Positions 36,901 through 46,578 of a DNA stretch of 64,000 bases are shown here, piece by piece (position 1 is the stretch's first letter; the number at the start of each line of letters is the position of its first letter). The notes beneath the pieces were generated by a model. That model ran no database searches and was not told the DNA's origin. It worked only from the letters and a program-made list of their open reading frames with translations. Origin of the DNA: Pseudomonadota bacterium (GTDB taxonomy: Bacteria; Bdellovibrionota_C; UBA2361; OMII01); NCBI GenBank assembly GCA_038134595.1, contig JAYPVM010000010.1, positions 1 through 64,000 on the forward strand, given 5' to 3'. A program made the translations under genes and the position numbers.

Positions 36901-39686
36901 GCACTCGTGGCTACATTGCGACAGGCGGCATGCTAGCCCAGTTCCGCTCTTTCTTTAGAAGCCTTACGAGACTCGATGTCCTATCATTCGAACCAGCTTA
37001 CAATCAATTTTCTGGTGCAATCGAACCCGCAATAATCGCTCGCAAAAACATCTCCCCTCGATTTAACTTAGTTGGTGAGAGTTTATTTAGTTCCGTTAGC
37101 AACTCCAAAGCCGGGGGCGTTTTTGCGCTAACTCCTTCTATCGATATTAACGCATTTATCCAAACAGTAAGCACTCAAAAGAATTCCATTCTAAGCAGCG
37201 ATGTAACGTTCACCGTACTCTCCAAGCAGGCACAATTTGTCACGCTCAATGTAGCTGGAAACCGGGCACTACATCGCTCTGATTTGCTATCTGCGGCTCG
37301 ACTCAATACAAATTCGAGAATTGAAAACTCCCCCTCCACACTCTTGCTAATTGAAAAACAACTTGTTTCGTACATGCAAGACAGAGGATATCGGAGAGGC
37401 TCAAGCAACGTCCGCTGTATTCGTGGACAGGCATTTTGCGAAGAATTGCTGATTTCGGTGGAAGAGCATTCCCCCTCTACGATCTTAGGAATTGCATTTG
37501 ATGGAGACCCGCTCCCAAAAAACTTGATTAATTCGATCAAACGCTCGGCTCCGATAGCCGCACCTGCCACTAAAAATATCCTGGAAGAAATCGAACAGAA
37601 AACAATTGTCGCGCTACGCAACGAGGGATATATTTCTGCCAGGGTTACAGCAATTTATATCGACGATCCTGCCAAAGACACATGCATCCTTCGGATTAGC
37701 ACCGATTTACAACAGCCAATTTCATTTGTATTTAAGGGCAACACCGTCTTCTCTCCTGAAGACTTTCTCTCTTCAATTAATCTTTTCACCCGCAAACGTG
37801 CTTTCGGCACCAATACCATCAATCATCTCGTACAAAACATCGAGCAGATGTATCTCTCCCGAGGGCATCTGTTCGTTCAAGTTCAACACACAGCAGAACG
37901 AGACGATTCAGGAAGAATTACATATCTAATCACTATCCAAGAAGATATGCCCATCAGCGTACAGACCCTAAAGCTTCGCGGAAATTCCTCATTATCCAAA
38001 AAACAGATTCAACATATGATGGAAAAACTCGGCTTCGAAGAATACATACGCATGTTAACTCCACAGTATGCCATTCCCGATCAACTTGATTCCCTCAAAA
38101 AAATACTGCTCGACGTATACCTAAATGCGGGTTTTCCATCTGCCGAAATCCATTATCAAATCCTTCCCTCTATTGCAGCAAACAACCTAGAGATTGTCTT
38201 TGATATCTCTGAGGGGCCTCACATACAGGTGAACCACATCAAGATCCTCGGCGTTCCTCACGACACCCCCACTCTGGCACACCCTGATATGCCTGCTGCT
38301 TTACCTACCGTTAATGACTACCTTCAGGGTCTCCTATCGTCTCTTATAGACACGGGATACCTAAGCCCCGCGTTGATCAGTCAAATGGATCCGGAATCAA
38401 GAACTCTGAACGTTACAGTTGAACCTGGCGTACAAACGTTCATCTCACATATAAGCATTGAAGGGTTGGGAGAAATTAAGCCGCAGACCATTCGAGATAA
38501 TGTTACCCTTCAAGAAGGAGCTCCCCTTCGACAAAAAAACATTGAAGACACGAAACGTGCATTACTTCGGACAGGCTTGTTTTCAAGAATCGACATCTTA
38601 CCAACTGATGGAAGTTTTGACGATCGGCAAGAGGGTGTAACCATACGACTATTGGAAAAACCACTAGAAACTCTTGAGGTTGGGCTCGGTGCCAACTCAG
38701 AATTTGGACTGCATACCTTCGGCGAAGCTTCTGATAAATCTTTGTTTGCAGATGGGCGCACGCTTACACTGCGAGTTGATACGTATTTTGATCAATCGAG
38801 AATTAATCCCAGTGGCTCTGGATTAATCAGTCAAGGTTTTACAAGCCTTCGATTTGTCGATCCCACACTCATTGATTCGCAATATACTTTAACAGAAGAG
38901 CTTCGATACCAACGACAAGAGCTCTCGACTCAAGAGTTTAACCTCGATCGACTACTATTCGGCTCGTACGTACTACGCCGATTTGATCCAAGTTTTACCC
39001 TAAGTGCCGGCCATTCCTTTCTCTTCGACAACCCCCAAGATGTTTCCCCGGATGCTATCATCTCCGATCTAGATGATAAAGCAATCCGGCTTAGCTTCGT
39101 CTCTGGTGTTTTAAAACTCGATGAGCGAGACGATCCACTGATTCCCTCAAGAGGATATACATTTACCCTCGAGCCAAAGATAGCATCAAGTTTACTTGGC
39201 TCAGAAGCGTCTTTTCTTTCGCTCTTAGCTCGTTCATCGGCCATAATACCGATTAGTCACAGATACTCTCTAGGTGCAAGCCTAAACGGCGGTATTGCTC
39301 AAGCTCTAGGCTCCACAGATGAGATTCCAATTACACAGCGATTTTATTTAGGAGGAAGAACCTCGGTTCGTGGATTCAGAGAGAACTCCCTTGGACCGCG
39401 GGGAGCTAACGGATCCGTATTAGGAGGAAATGCCTTGCTCTCATCGAAGCTAGAGCTTCAACATAGAACTCTAGACTCCCTGAGCACTCATATTTTTTTC
39501 GATGTCGGTAATGTTTTTCTCCGAGGATATGATGAAAATGAGTATGGTCTGAGAAAGAGTATCGGTGCAGGCTTCCAGTATCTATCGCCTATTGGACCTA
39601 TTGGCTTTGATATCGGACATCCTCTCGACGAAAAACCTGGTGAACCCTCGGTGCGACTACATTTCTCTGTGGGCAGCATGTTTTAG
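33966..39686 (+). CDS. TamB (AsmA-like/DUF490) fused to POTRA repeats and an Omp85 (BamA/TamA) beta-barrel
   Basis: N-terminal hydrophobic anchor; long beta-taco-like region with DUF490-like motifs (GTTSSPTLTG, PKITLSSD...LSQNDLLYLI); about six POTRA-like units; barrel with RFYLGGRTSVRGF, SPIGPIGFDIG and C-terminal HFSVGSMF. One uninterrupted 1906-codon ORF. Confidence 0.88.
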   Translation: MSMKHFIRPQILALLGLFCGLFVGVAILMAKQWLVNQIVIALEDEVSASCDCSLAFDSFSLSFFTLSAKARNIRIIENGKARLSFKKITTDVDLSEIEARRIHLKNLTLSRGIADGVGPDSVTFKFIDQLTTPLPAEKQRPNRWRIILDSLFIKDSFLREPFGSSELSGSGVSMELNREDGAFILQPSIRDFRYTTYATDRLSSAEELHLGDLKATLQIQNSITTFNSISLGRANSSITARGTSEAQKNHLLTGSTKIQIEPSYIGLPSWLHGLLQGDGRLNGTLGSPVIHSTLSTDSTAPLTLALPNASPVPLQDVSGELLVDVNHGKPLVKVSNIVATSLSTELRSRSPLVFSQKGFEASFEARLPEFSYGPFNLRSMIAHIEAKNDNQEIRTEIKIKAEGTSLEGIALGPSTIEISLTSEQAKIKAKIANKSQGTLSWRGTVDLRSPEPYLANGHLSLENYHYLSSPKERIPSLMALTAKDISLEGPLNIESLRGHGDLSLNFPNTKSPINLIGKTQLDKGHLIAELANSTSGARSSLKLEFSPLKPSSLRVVLPTSPLHQALGNDDTCGTLGGTLDYFFMLANPQRGNGTLSLENLSVGCAPHSLAIAKPANLSIAEGAIAFDNISLTGRQSSLQIGGTLGLERGFNLSLVGDLDLESISNVIPNIDNLQGNVRIKATATGSPTSPSLLGTADLSQARFGFSSPDIEAHEVEGKFTFENDEILVDGMHGSINGGLFNLQGTVRPFDWKDSALKVSLEEVSIEPEDDTSITFSGELTLGASTLKKQTLSGDIEIIFAEVAKEFDINKIVLKTLSGYFLPARMRPSGASSSLDMGLNINITAPRNLFIITPFLSAELNADLRAAGTTSSPTLTGTMQFLTGWIGLKGNRFDINSGKLNFTPSSLTPEISLVSEGTLRATTGESITVILEASGQLPAPKITLSSDRGLSQNDLLYLITSSRPIGESSLRARMNSQYESTRGYIATGGMLAQFRSFFRSLTRLDVLSFEPAYNQFSGAIEPAIIARKNISPRFNLVGESLFSSVSNSKAGGVFALTPSIDINAFIQTVSTQKNSILSSDVTFTVLSKQAQFVTLNVAGNRALHRSDLLSAARLNTNSRIENSPSTLLLIEKQLVSYMQDRGYRRGSSNVRCIRGQAFCEELLISVEEHSPSTILGIAFDGDPLPKNLINSIKRSAPIAAPATKNILEEIEQKTIVALRNEGYISARVTAIYIDDPAKDTCILRISTDLQQPISFVFKGNTVFSPEDFLSSINLFTRKRAFGTNTINHLVQNIEQMYLSRGHLFVQVQHTAERDDSGRITYLITIQEDMPISVQTLKLRGNSSLSKKQIQHMMEKLGFEEYIRMLTPQYAIPDQLDSLKKILLDVYLNAGFPSAEIHYQILPSIAANNLEIVFDISEGPHIQVNHIKILGVPHDTPTLAHPDMPAALPTVNDYLQGLLSSLIDTGYLSPALISQMDPESRTLNVTVEPGVQTFISHISIEGLGEIKPQTIRDNVTLQEGAPLRQKNIEDTKRALLRTGLFSRIDILPTDGSFDDRQEGVTIRLLEKPLETLEVGLGANSEFGLHTFGEASDKSLFADGRTLTLRVDTYFDQSRINPSGSGLISQGFTSLRFVDPTLIDSQYTLTEELRYQRQELSTQEFNLDRLLFGSYVLRRFDPSFTLSAGHSFLFDNPQDVSPDAIISDLDDKAIRLSFVSGVLKLDERDDPLIPSRGYTFTLEPKIASSLLGSEASFLSLLARSSAIIPISHRYSLGASLNGGIAQALGSTDEIPITQRFYLGGRTSVRGFRENSLGPRGANGSVLGGNALLSSKLELQHRTLDSLSTHIFFDVGNVFLRGYDENEYGLRKSIGAGFQYLSPIGPIGFDIGHPLDEKPGEPSVRLHFSVGSMF

Positions 39687-40010
39687 GGAAGAGCATTACA
39701 TCTCAACTGGCAAACATAAAGATGTTTGGTTTTAGAGAACAGTCGCTCAATAGCCGCCGCATGCTGGTAATATATGGCAATTTTTCAATGGAGCATAGCT
39801 AGGTCCATCGAACTCGCAAGAACATGCCTTTTCCAATAGAGAGGAGTTCGTTAATTGTCAGATTCCTACTCTCTTAGTACAGTAGACTCAGAGAATTTGA
39901 TCTCACTTAACAAAAGGTCTTTCCATGTTATTTTTTAAGATCTAATCCTCATGTTACAGCATCTTGTTCTCTAGAATCTATCTAGAGATACTACATACAG
40001 AAGAAACAGA

Positions 40011-41030
40011 TTGGCCATGAGCACTGACCTTCATATTTCAGACAATTCGATCGAGAAGGCCTCATTTTTTGCGATGGCTGGTTTTATCTTTTCGATCTTT
40101 TACTTCAGCTTAAGCACGCCTCTTATAACCATCCTGTTTGGCTACTTGATTATCAAGTCGCTTGGCAAACGCCTTGGCTCACTCCTTACTATCCTGACAT
40201 TTGGTATTTTGTCGGTAATTCTTTTCTATCTCTTTATTCACTTTATCGGTGAAGCCATCAGGGCACTTCCAGAAACCGTAGAGAAAGCCATTCCAATTAT
40301 CGTCGAGTTTGCCCACAAGAACGGCTTCGAAGTTCCATTCAGTGATGCGTTGACCTTAAAATCGTTTCTGGTCGACGGTTTTCGCTCTCAAATTGCCCAT
40401 CTAGCAAAATTCGCTCAAATTTTCACAAAAGAGTTTGTATACATAATTATCAGCCTCGTAATAACCGCAGGACTCTTTCTTCAGCCCCAATTTGATCTCG
40501 AGGCTATACGAGAAAAGGAAAGTCCTAACACATATCGCTCCTTCACCGTGGCATTAGCAAGTCGCTTTTACTCCTTCTTCGAGAGCTTTCGGACAGTTAT
40601 GGGCGCTCAGGTAGTTATATCTCTGATTAATACCTTCTTCACCGGAATGTTTCTTATTATTCTTCACCTCCTGAAAATGCCCCTTCCCTACTCATTTGTT
40701 ATCGTAGTAGTTACTTTCTTATGTGGACTTCTACCGATCATCGGCAATCTGATTAGTAATACAATTATTTTTCTTATCGGGGTTTCACAGTCTATCTACT
40801 TAGGTCTACTCGCCTTGTCCTATCTTATTGTGCTACATAAATTCGAGTATTTCTTAAATAGTAAGATTATAGGCGGCAAAATAAAAAATCCGATGTGGCT
40901 TACCCTGTTAGGACTTCTTGTGGGAGAGCGAATTGGGGGGGTCCCCGGAATGATATTGGCTCCTGTTTTGCTGCATTACTGCAAAGTTGAAGCAAAAAAA
41001 ATACCCGTCTCAGGTTTCAGTCAAACCTAA
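40011..41030 (+). CDS. AI-2E family transporter
   Basis: Multi-TM; MGAQVVISLIN, FLCGLLPIIGNLIS, KFEYFLNSKIIG, GMILAP. Confidence 0.9.
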   Translation: MAMSTDLHISDNSIEKASFFAMAGFIFSIFYFSLSTPLITILFGYLIIKSLGKRLGSLLTILTFGILSVILFYLFIHFIGEAIRALPETVEKAIPIIVEFAHKNGFEVPFSDALTLKSFLVDGFRSQIAHLAKFAQIFTKEFVYIIISLVITAGLFLQPQFDLEAIREKESPNTYRSFTVALASRFYSFFESFRTVMGAQVVISLINTFFTGMFLIILHLLKMPLPYSFVIVVVTFLCGLLPIIGNLISNTIIFLIGVSQSIYLGLLALSYLIVLHKFEYFLNSKIIGGKIKNPMWLTLLGLLVGERIGGVPGMILAPVLLHYCKVEAKKIPVSGFSQT

Positions 41031-41192
41031 CCGCCTGAAAATACTGCGATTAGCTTCAATGCGCGTCTAAAAAAATTCAGGAACTCTTTCTGTCTATCAC
41101 GCATCCTATCAAACAATGGGCACACTGCGGGTGCTTTATGTTTAACGTTTAAAGCCGATAGTACAGGCATATCAAGGTTAGTCGAGGTTTTT

Positions 41193-42269
41193 ATGCATAC
41201 TGCAATAGTTCTAGACGAATCGATCTCCCAATCATCTGTTCTTGATACAGCACAGCTGTTAAACGACGTCAGCGCGTTTGCCGATACGATTATTGTCAGC
41301 ACGTCGCCAAGCCCCAAAGACTTCTCCTTAGGAATGTGGGTAACCGCCCCTGACCTCATGACTGGGCTCACCCAAGCAATCGGCCACGCTGCTAGTAAGC
41401 AGATATTATTGGTCAGCTCATCACTGGCATTTAATTCAACAGACCTTTCTAAAATTGTCGCCGAAATTGGGGATATAAGAACGCTTGAGCATCTCATCGT
41501 TGCCCCAACAACTGAAGTAGGCACAATAAATCTCCCTGAGATCTCCCCAGAGAATATCGTTGCGGCTCTTGGAGAAGAGTGTATGTGGCCGTTGACATGT
41601 ATTGCCACCACAAGGAGGGCTCTAAGTGGCGTTTGGAGCGAGAATATCGAATCCCCAAATGAATTAGTTCTTCAAGCTCTCATCAAATCAATCGCTGACG
41701 GTGATTCCGTTCGTGTCATCGAGAGTATTTCTCCTGCGATAAGTTTAACTCGAGCCGAGGAAACAAGTCGTTTATCAGACGCAGCTCGAGCAAGATGTTT
41801 AAAAGTCGCTGTAGACGAGATGAACATCGAAGAGTTGTTCCCTCAACACAATTGGGCTATGTACAGTGAAGAAAGCGCGGCTACAGCCTTTCACACCCTA
41901 ACGGCCCTATTCTTGCGACTCAATCAACCTGAGATCGCCCTCGAATGCCTTACATGTAGCGAAAAATTAGAAGAAAGTCCTCGCTATTTTGCACTTCAAG
42001 GATTTATCCACGAAGCACAGGGGGAAACTCTAGGAGCTGTAGCCAGTCTTGTTTCAAGCCTTCAATGTTATGAGGCTCGTAAAAACCAAGACAAATCACA
42101 CTATCTTCACTTCACGCCCAACAATATTGAGGTAGTCAAAACCCATTTAGAAGAGGGTCTGGATGCGTTAAATCGAAAAGATAACGACACTGCACTCCGA
42201 TCATTTTCAGATGCTATCTACTGCTTTGATAATTTCTATCAAGAGCTTGGCATTAAGAAAACGGTCTAA
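41193..42269 (+). CDS. Degenerate GT2-like domain plus TPR-like C-terminus
   Basis: AIGHAASKQILLVSSS occupies the position of the GT-A 'A.G.YILFLD.D' strand but lacks DxD; C-terminal helical TPR-like repeats (PRYFALQGFIHEAQG). Confidence 0.5.
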   Translation: MHTAIVLDESISQSSVLDTAQLLNDVSAFADTIIVSTSPSPKDFSLGMWVTAPDLMTGLTQAIGHAASKQILLVSSSLAFNSTDLSKIVAEIGDIRTLEHLIVAPTTEVGTINLPEISPENIVAALGEECMWPLTCIATTRRALSGVWSENIESPNELVLQALIKSIADGDSVRVIESISPAISLTRAEETSRLSDAARARCLKVAVDEMNIEELFPQHNWAMYSEESAATAFHTLTALFLRLNQPEIALECLTCSEKLEESPRYFALQGFIHEAQGETLGAVASLVSSLQCYEARKNQDKSHYLHFTPNNIEVVKTHLEEGLDALNRKDNDTALRSFSDAIYCFDNFYQELGIKKTV

Positions 42270-42519
42270 GTATTTGTTATAACACGATATTACGGCAGTG
42301 CGTCAGTACCTTACGGTACCAGTACGCCAATTGTTTTTCTGAATTCGAACTCTTGATACCCACTTTATCAGCTACCGTTTTACACGAGGTTCAGCCATCA
42401 TTATACTGTGCTCAGGCGCTTTGCTAAAAGACTTGGCCAGTATCGTTGTCGAGACTCCATATCTTCTAAAAGTTACAAGTAATCCAAAACTCAGGTGATA
42501 GTCTTTGGTGTGATATTCG

Positions 42520-44766
42520 ATGAGTTTTCTAAAGTTGAAATCAATCACATTCAGCAGCAAAAAGATCCTTTCAGCATCTCTGATTGCTCCAATGCTCTCG
42601 TTGGGAAGCCTTTGCATCCTCCTAGGAATCTCCTCTGGAACATGGAGACTATGGTCTGTCGCAGGCCCTATCATTAGCCCAGCGGGGCGTTTTACGGCTC
42701 TAGCAGGTGGAATTCTTATCACTCTTGGCATATCTTACTCGCTCGCAATCAAGCGGAGAATCCCTACGTTTCGAGATTTTGCACACTTCGCCACATGGGC
42801 AACTGGCCTCATAGCCGTTTTTGCTTCGGACTGGATAGAGCGTCCATGGAGCCTCTATCAGGGGCCAACGATTCGCGGCGAGCTATTTTTAGGAGCTATT
42901 CTCTCATATGTACTCCTAAGACACACATGGAAGCACTACGCTATTGTTCTTCCTGTACTCTCTGTTGGACTACTCATATGGTCATTTACTACCGAAGCGG
43001 ATGGTCGGCTACTGTTTTCAGATGATCATGCAATGTTTCTATTTCGACTCAAAATGCTCGTTGAGAATTTTCCTATGATTCCGTTTTGGTCTCCTTTATG
43101 GAACTCCGGTTTCGATGCCAGGGATTACTTTGCAACAGGAGCTTTAAACTTTTTCTTTGTCTTTTCGCCGATACTTTATGCCTTCTCAATTGAACACGTA
43201 TATCCATATCTCATCGCCATATTGCTCTGGATATGTCTTCCTTGCAGCATTTATATTAGCTCACGGCTACTGCATTATCCAAAAACGTATGGCTTCATAG
43301 CCTCCACTGTCGCGCTCTCCACAGGACTATTTTGGTATCGTTGGGCTCTAAAATATGGGACCCTCGGATTTATTACCAGCTCGATCCTTCTTCCGATAGT
43401 GGTTGTCCTATGGCACAGATTTATCAAAAAGAAGTCTCCCTCCCTATGGATTAGATTCTTCCTGATTGTAACGACAACTCTGATGTGCTTATGGTCTCCC
43501 TCTGCGCTGGCAACGCTACCCATAGGCTTTTTCGTGGTCCATTCACTTCCCCGCCTCATCGTGTCAAAAAAGCACGTAGTTACGGTCCTCTTACTCGTAG
43601 CGATGAATCTTCCGTGGATGAGTATGATGTGGAAAGTTTCTAGCGTAGGAAAATTTCTCAATACAGAGCAGGCACACACCTCCTCAAGCATTACAGACCC
43701 TCATTCGGTGGTCGAGGGTGCGGGCGCCATTAAATCGAAGCGCTCGACATATCGACACCGTTCTGGTTCACTTAATCTGAAAGAGGCGATCAATCAGTGG
43801 CATAAAAATGCTCACGCTCTCAATCCGATCCTCGTCATTCTAGGTATTCCGAGTATTTTACTTCTGGCCAGAAAGGAGCGCTTGTTATTTGGAACATTAG
43901 TCGCTTGGATGCTTTTCATGGGCACTATCCTCGTCCCAATAAAACCACAACTAGAGCTAGATAGAATGATAGTCATGGCCTCTGTGCTTATTTGTATCCC
44001 CGTAGGTCGGGCTCTTACAAGGCTATTCTTGAAGGCCTCTCGCTCATCCGCACACCAATTAGCAGGTTCTGTCGTAGGAGCCTTCCTATTAATAGGACCA
44101 TTTACCACCTCAGCGATTGTGCTAAATCGCTCCGACGAAGCATATTCATTTTTATCGCCTAGCTCAGACGAGCTCATTCAGGCAATTAAGGCAAACACCT
44201 CCAAAGGCCGTGTGTTCTTTACAGGGTGTGTCCTACATGAACTCGATGGTGGCCACTTGGCGCCCCTTCCACTATGGGCGGACGCTGAGATGATTGCAAC
44301 AAGCTACGCTCATAACATCTGGAACTACACACAACCATTTCCCAAAGATGTTTTAGAGGGCGGCATTCCTGCCATTGAAGCGTATCTTCACTCGCGAGAC
44401 GTATCGTTAATAACAGCACATGAGCCTGTATGGATTTCCTTTCTTAAGAAAAATAAAAAGCTGTACGAACGAATTAGCGAACATGGAAAATTCGTGCTCT
44501 TTAGGAGAAAATTCTACACGCCCAATCTGGTTGTTGAGGGAGATCTGAGAGAACTGGTAAGATCTACCAATGCAATCTCTTTTATTCCAACGACTCCATC
44601 AGTAACACTCAACTATACATATTACCCCTTTTTAAGGGCGTCATCAGGACACATTACAGCTGTTCCTACTACATACGGAGACACCTATATCTCGGTGTCT
44701 GGATATTCACTCGGCGAGCGCATAACGGTACAAAGTGCCTCTCCCCTTAACCGATTGATAATGTAG
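42520..44766 (+). CDS. Large polytopic membrane protein, GT-C-like
   Basis: More than 12 hydrophobic segments; LLFSDDHAMF...FWSPLWNSG external-loop motif; soluble C-terminal domain. Confidence 0.6.
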   Translation: MSFLKLKSITFSSKKILSASLIAPMLSLGSLCILLGISSGTWRLWSVAGPIISPAGRFTALAGGILITLGISYSLAIKRRIPTFRDFAHFATWATGLIAVFASDWIERPWSLYQGPTIRGELFLGAILSYVLLRHTWKHYAIVLPVLSVGLLIWSFTTEADGRLLFSDDHAMFLFRLKMLVENFPMIPFWSPLWNSGFDARDYFATGALNFFFVFSPILYAFSIEHVYPYLIAILLWICLPCSIYISSRLLHYPKTYGFIASTVALSTGLFWYRWALKYGTLGFITSSILLPIVVVLWHRFIKKKSPSLWIRFFLIVTTTLMCLWSPSALATLPIGFFVVHSLPRLIVSKKHVVTVLLLVAMNLPWMSMMWKVSSVGKFLNTEQAHTSSSITDPHSVVEGAGAIKSKRSTYRHRSGSLNLKEAINQWHKNAHALNPILVILGIPSILLLARKERLLFGTLVAWMLFMGTILVPIKPQLELDRMIVMASVLICIPVGRALTRLFLKASRSSAHQLAGSVVGAFLLIGPFTTSAIVLNRSDEAYSFLSPSSDELIQAIKANTSKGRVFFTGCVLHELDGGHLAPLPLWADAEMIATSYAHNIWNYTQPFPKDVLEGGIPAIEAYLHSRDVSLITAHEPVWISFLKKNKKLYERISEHGKFVLFRRKFYTPNLVVEGDLRELVRSTNAISFIPTTPSVTLNYTYYPFLRASSGHITAVPTTYGDTYISVSGYSLGERITVQSASPLNRLIM

Positions 44767-44771
44767 CCTCC

Positions 44772-46499
44772 ATGATGCGATTAAATCTATTAGTGCAGTT
44801 TGTATCCCTTGCCCTCATGTGTACTTTCGCATGTATGTTTTTCACCAGCACATCTCTTGCAGTATCCCATCCATTGGAATCATGGTTTTACGTAGTCAAT
44901 CTTCACAACAATAGTTACGTAAGCTTACGACAAGATCACATCAGTCAAATTATAAATTATCTCACGTCAGTAAGCACCTTAGCTGAACGCCCCTTAGTAC
45001 TACTTTTTCCCCTACTAGTAGGACTATCTGGCTATATAAATCTTGTATGTAAGAAAAGTGGCTTTCAGCTCATCACCATGAGTCTTATACCTATAGCCCT
45101 AGTTCTTTATACCTCAGGAATAGATCCCCTGATCCTGGCAACCATCGGATGGAGCCCACTATGCGCTCTACTGCTTTATCGTGTTATACACACAGCTCCA
45201 AACTGGCAAACCGCCGTGGCTTTTGCTCTCACAAGCGTAGAACTAGCATCTACAGCCAATAGCACCGCATTTCTAGCTTTGCTGGTGTGTCTTGCACTTC
45301 TCACGATAGCTGAGCACGCAACCGAACGCTCTTCACACCGCACCTCGCGCCGCAACTGGGCTCTTTTGACTCTTTTTCTTCCGTCTGCTTGGATTCTAGT
45401 GACTCTTCCAGCACCTCCCTTCTTTGACCTGCCAAAGACAGCCCACATCCTCTCTTTAGACCCATCGAATGACAACGTCTATCTTCCGATGATAGGCCGC
45501 GCGCCGCTATTTCCAATTATCGACTATCAAAATCTCTACAACCAAATCGCACCGATCTCAGCCCTACTTTTAGGACTATCAGGGGCGCTTTTGCTACTCG
45601 GTACTATTGAACAACGAGCTTTATGGAAGAGGGTCTTGCTGAGGGTTATAGTACTACTAACTATTCTTCGATGCACTCCGCTGATTCCAGACCAATGGGT
45701 AGCTATCAGCCCTCTTATCAGTCTCTCTAGGATTATCCCATGGGCTTCATTCTATGCCCTACCAGCTATCCTCCTCGGTATTATCTCGCTTTTTGTCGGC
45801 CTTGCATTAAGCATCCAAAGTCGCTCACTCATAGCTAGCTCTCTAACACTTGGCTTTGGAGTTATAACGACACTGCTAAGCACAAACAACATCGCGCCAC
45901 TTTTGTATCAATCAATCGCGGAGGCATCTGCTCCTCTTGCACCAGCACTCTTATCTCCATCTGCCACTCTTATAAGGCGATTTAAAGAAAACTCGTCTCT
46001 CCTACTTTCACATCTGCAACACACTGAAAAGATATTATCCCAAGAGCCGCTCAATGCCGCAAAGATCGGTGCGACAATCTCGATTCATCCGGCACCAACA
46101 ATAGAGGCTCTACAAGCATCTCGCCGCACGGACTCTCAAGGAAGATGGTCTCCCAGAACAGGTCGACAAACTGGACGAGAGCTGCTCACAATTGCGCTCC
46201 CACGTCCCATGACCATAACTGCGGTAGAGCTCGATCCAGGCAGTTACTTTAGCGATTACCCAAGAGGTCTTGACATATCAGGAGGTGATTGCTCCTCAAA
46301 ATCCATTACCCATATTACAACTATCAGGAAGTGGCATGGTCCTTTGCGCATTACTCCGATGGGGCTACCATTCTACGACGTGCCGCATAACGTGACGGTA
46401 GTCTTTCCTAAAGAGCATACCGTCACCTGTCTCTATGTACGACAGACTGGAAAAGCCTCTGTTGATTGGTCGGTCACCAAGATAAAACTGTATCAATAG
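44772..46499 (+). CDS. Polytopic membrane protein with C-terminal discoidin (F5/8 type C)-like domain
   Basis: About 10 TMs, then RWSPRTGRQTGRELLTIALPRPMTITAVELDPGSYFSDYPRGLDI...VRQTG...DWSV. Confidence 0.65.
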   Translation: MMRLNLLVQFVSLALMCTFACMFFTSTSLAVSHPLESWFYVVNLHNNSYVSLRQDHISQIINYLTSVSTLAERPLVLLFPLLVGLSGYINLVCKKSGFQLITMSLIPIALVLYTSGIDPLILATIGWSPLCALLLYRVIHTAPNWQTAVAFALTSVELASTANSTAFLALLVCLALLTIAEHATERSSHRTSRRNWALLTLFLPSAWILVTLPAPPFFDLPKTAHILSLDPSNDNVYLPMIGRAPLFPIIDYQNLYNQIAPISALLLGLSGALLLLGTIEQRALWKRVLLRVIVLLTILRCTPLIPDQWVAISPLISLSRIIPWASFYALPAILLGIISLFVGLALSIQSRSLIASSLTLGFGVITTLLSTNNIAPLLYQSIAEASAPLAPALLSPSATLIRRFKENSSLLLSHLQHTEKILSQEPLNAAKIGATISIHPAPTIEALQASRRTDSQGRWSPRTGRQTGRELLTIALPRPMTITAVELDPGSYFSDYPRGLDISGGDCSSKSITHITTIRKWHGPLRITPMGLPFYDVPHNVTVVFPKEHTVTCLYVRQTGKASVDWSVTKIKLYQ

Positions 46500-46578
46500 G
46501 CTAAGATACCTTGGCAACGAGGCGCGTTGAATTAAACAATATAAATTTAGCGTGGTCAGATTTCCGCAATCACTTTAT

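Noticed and set aside
41027..41611. 194-aa minus-strand ORF
   Set aside because: Mostly antisense to the 41193 gene, which has an RBS (GAGG) and a longer frame.
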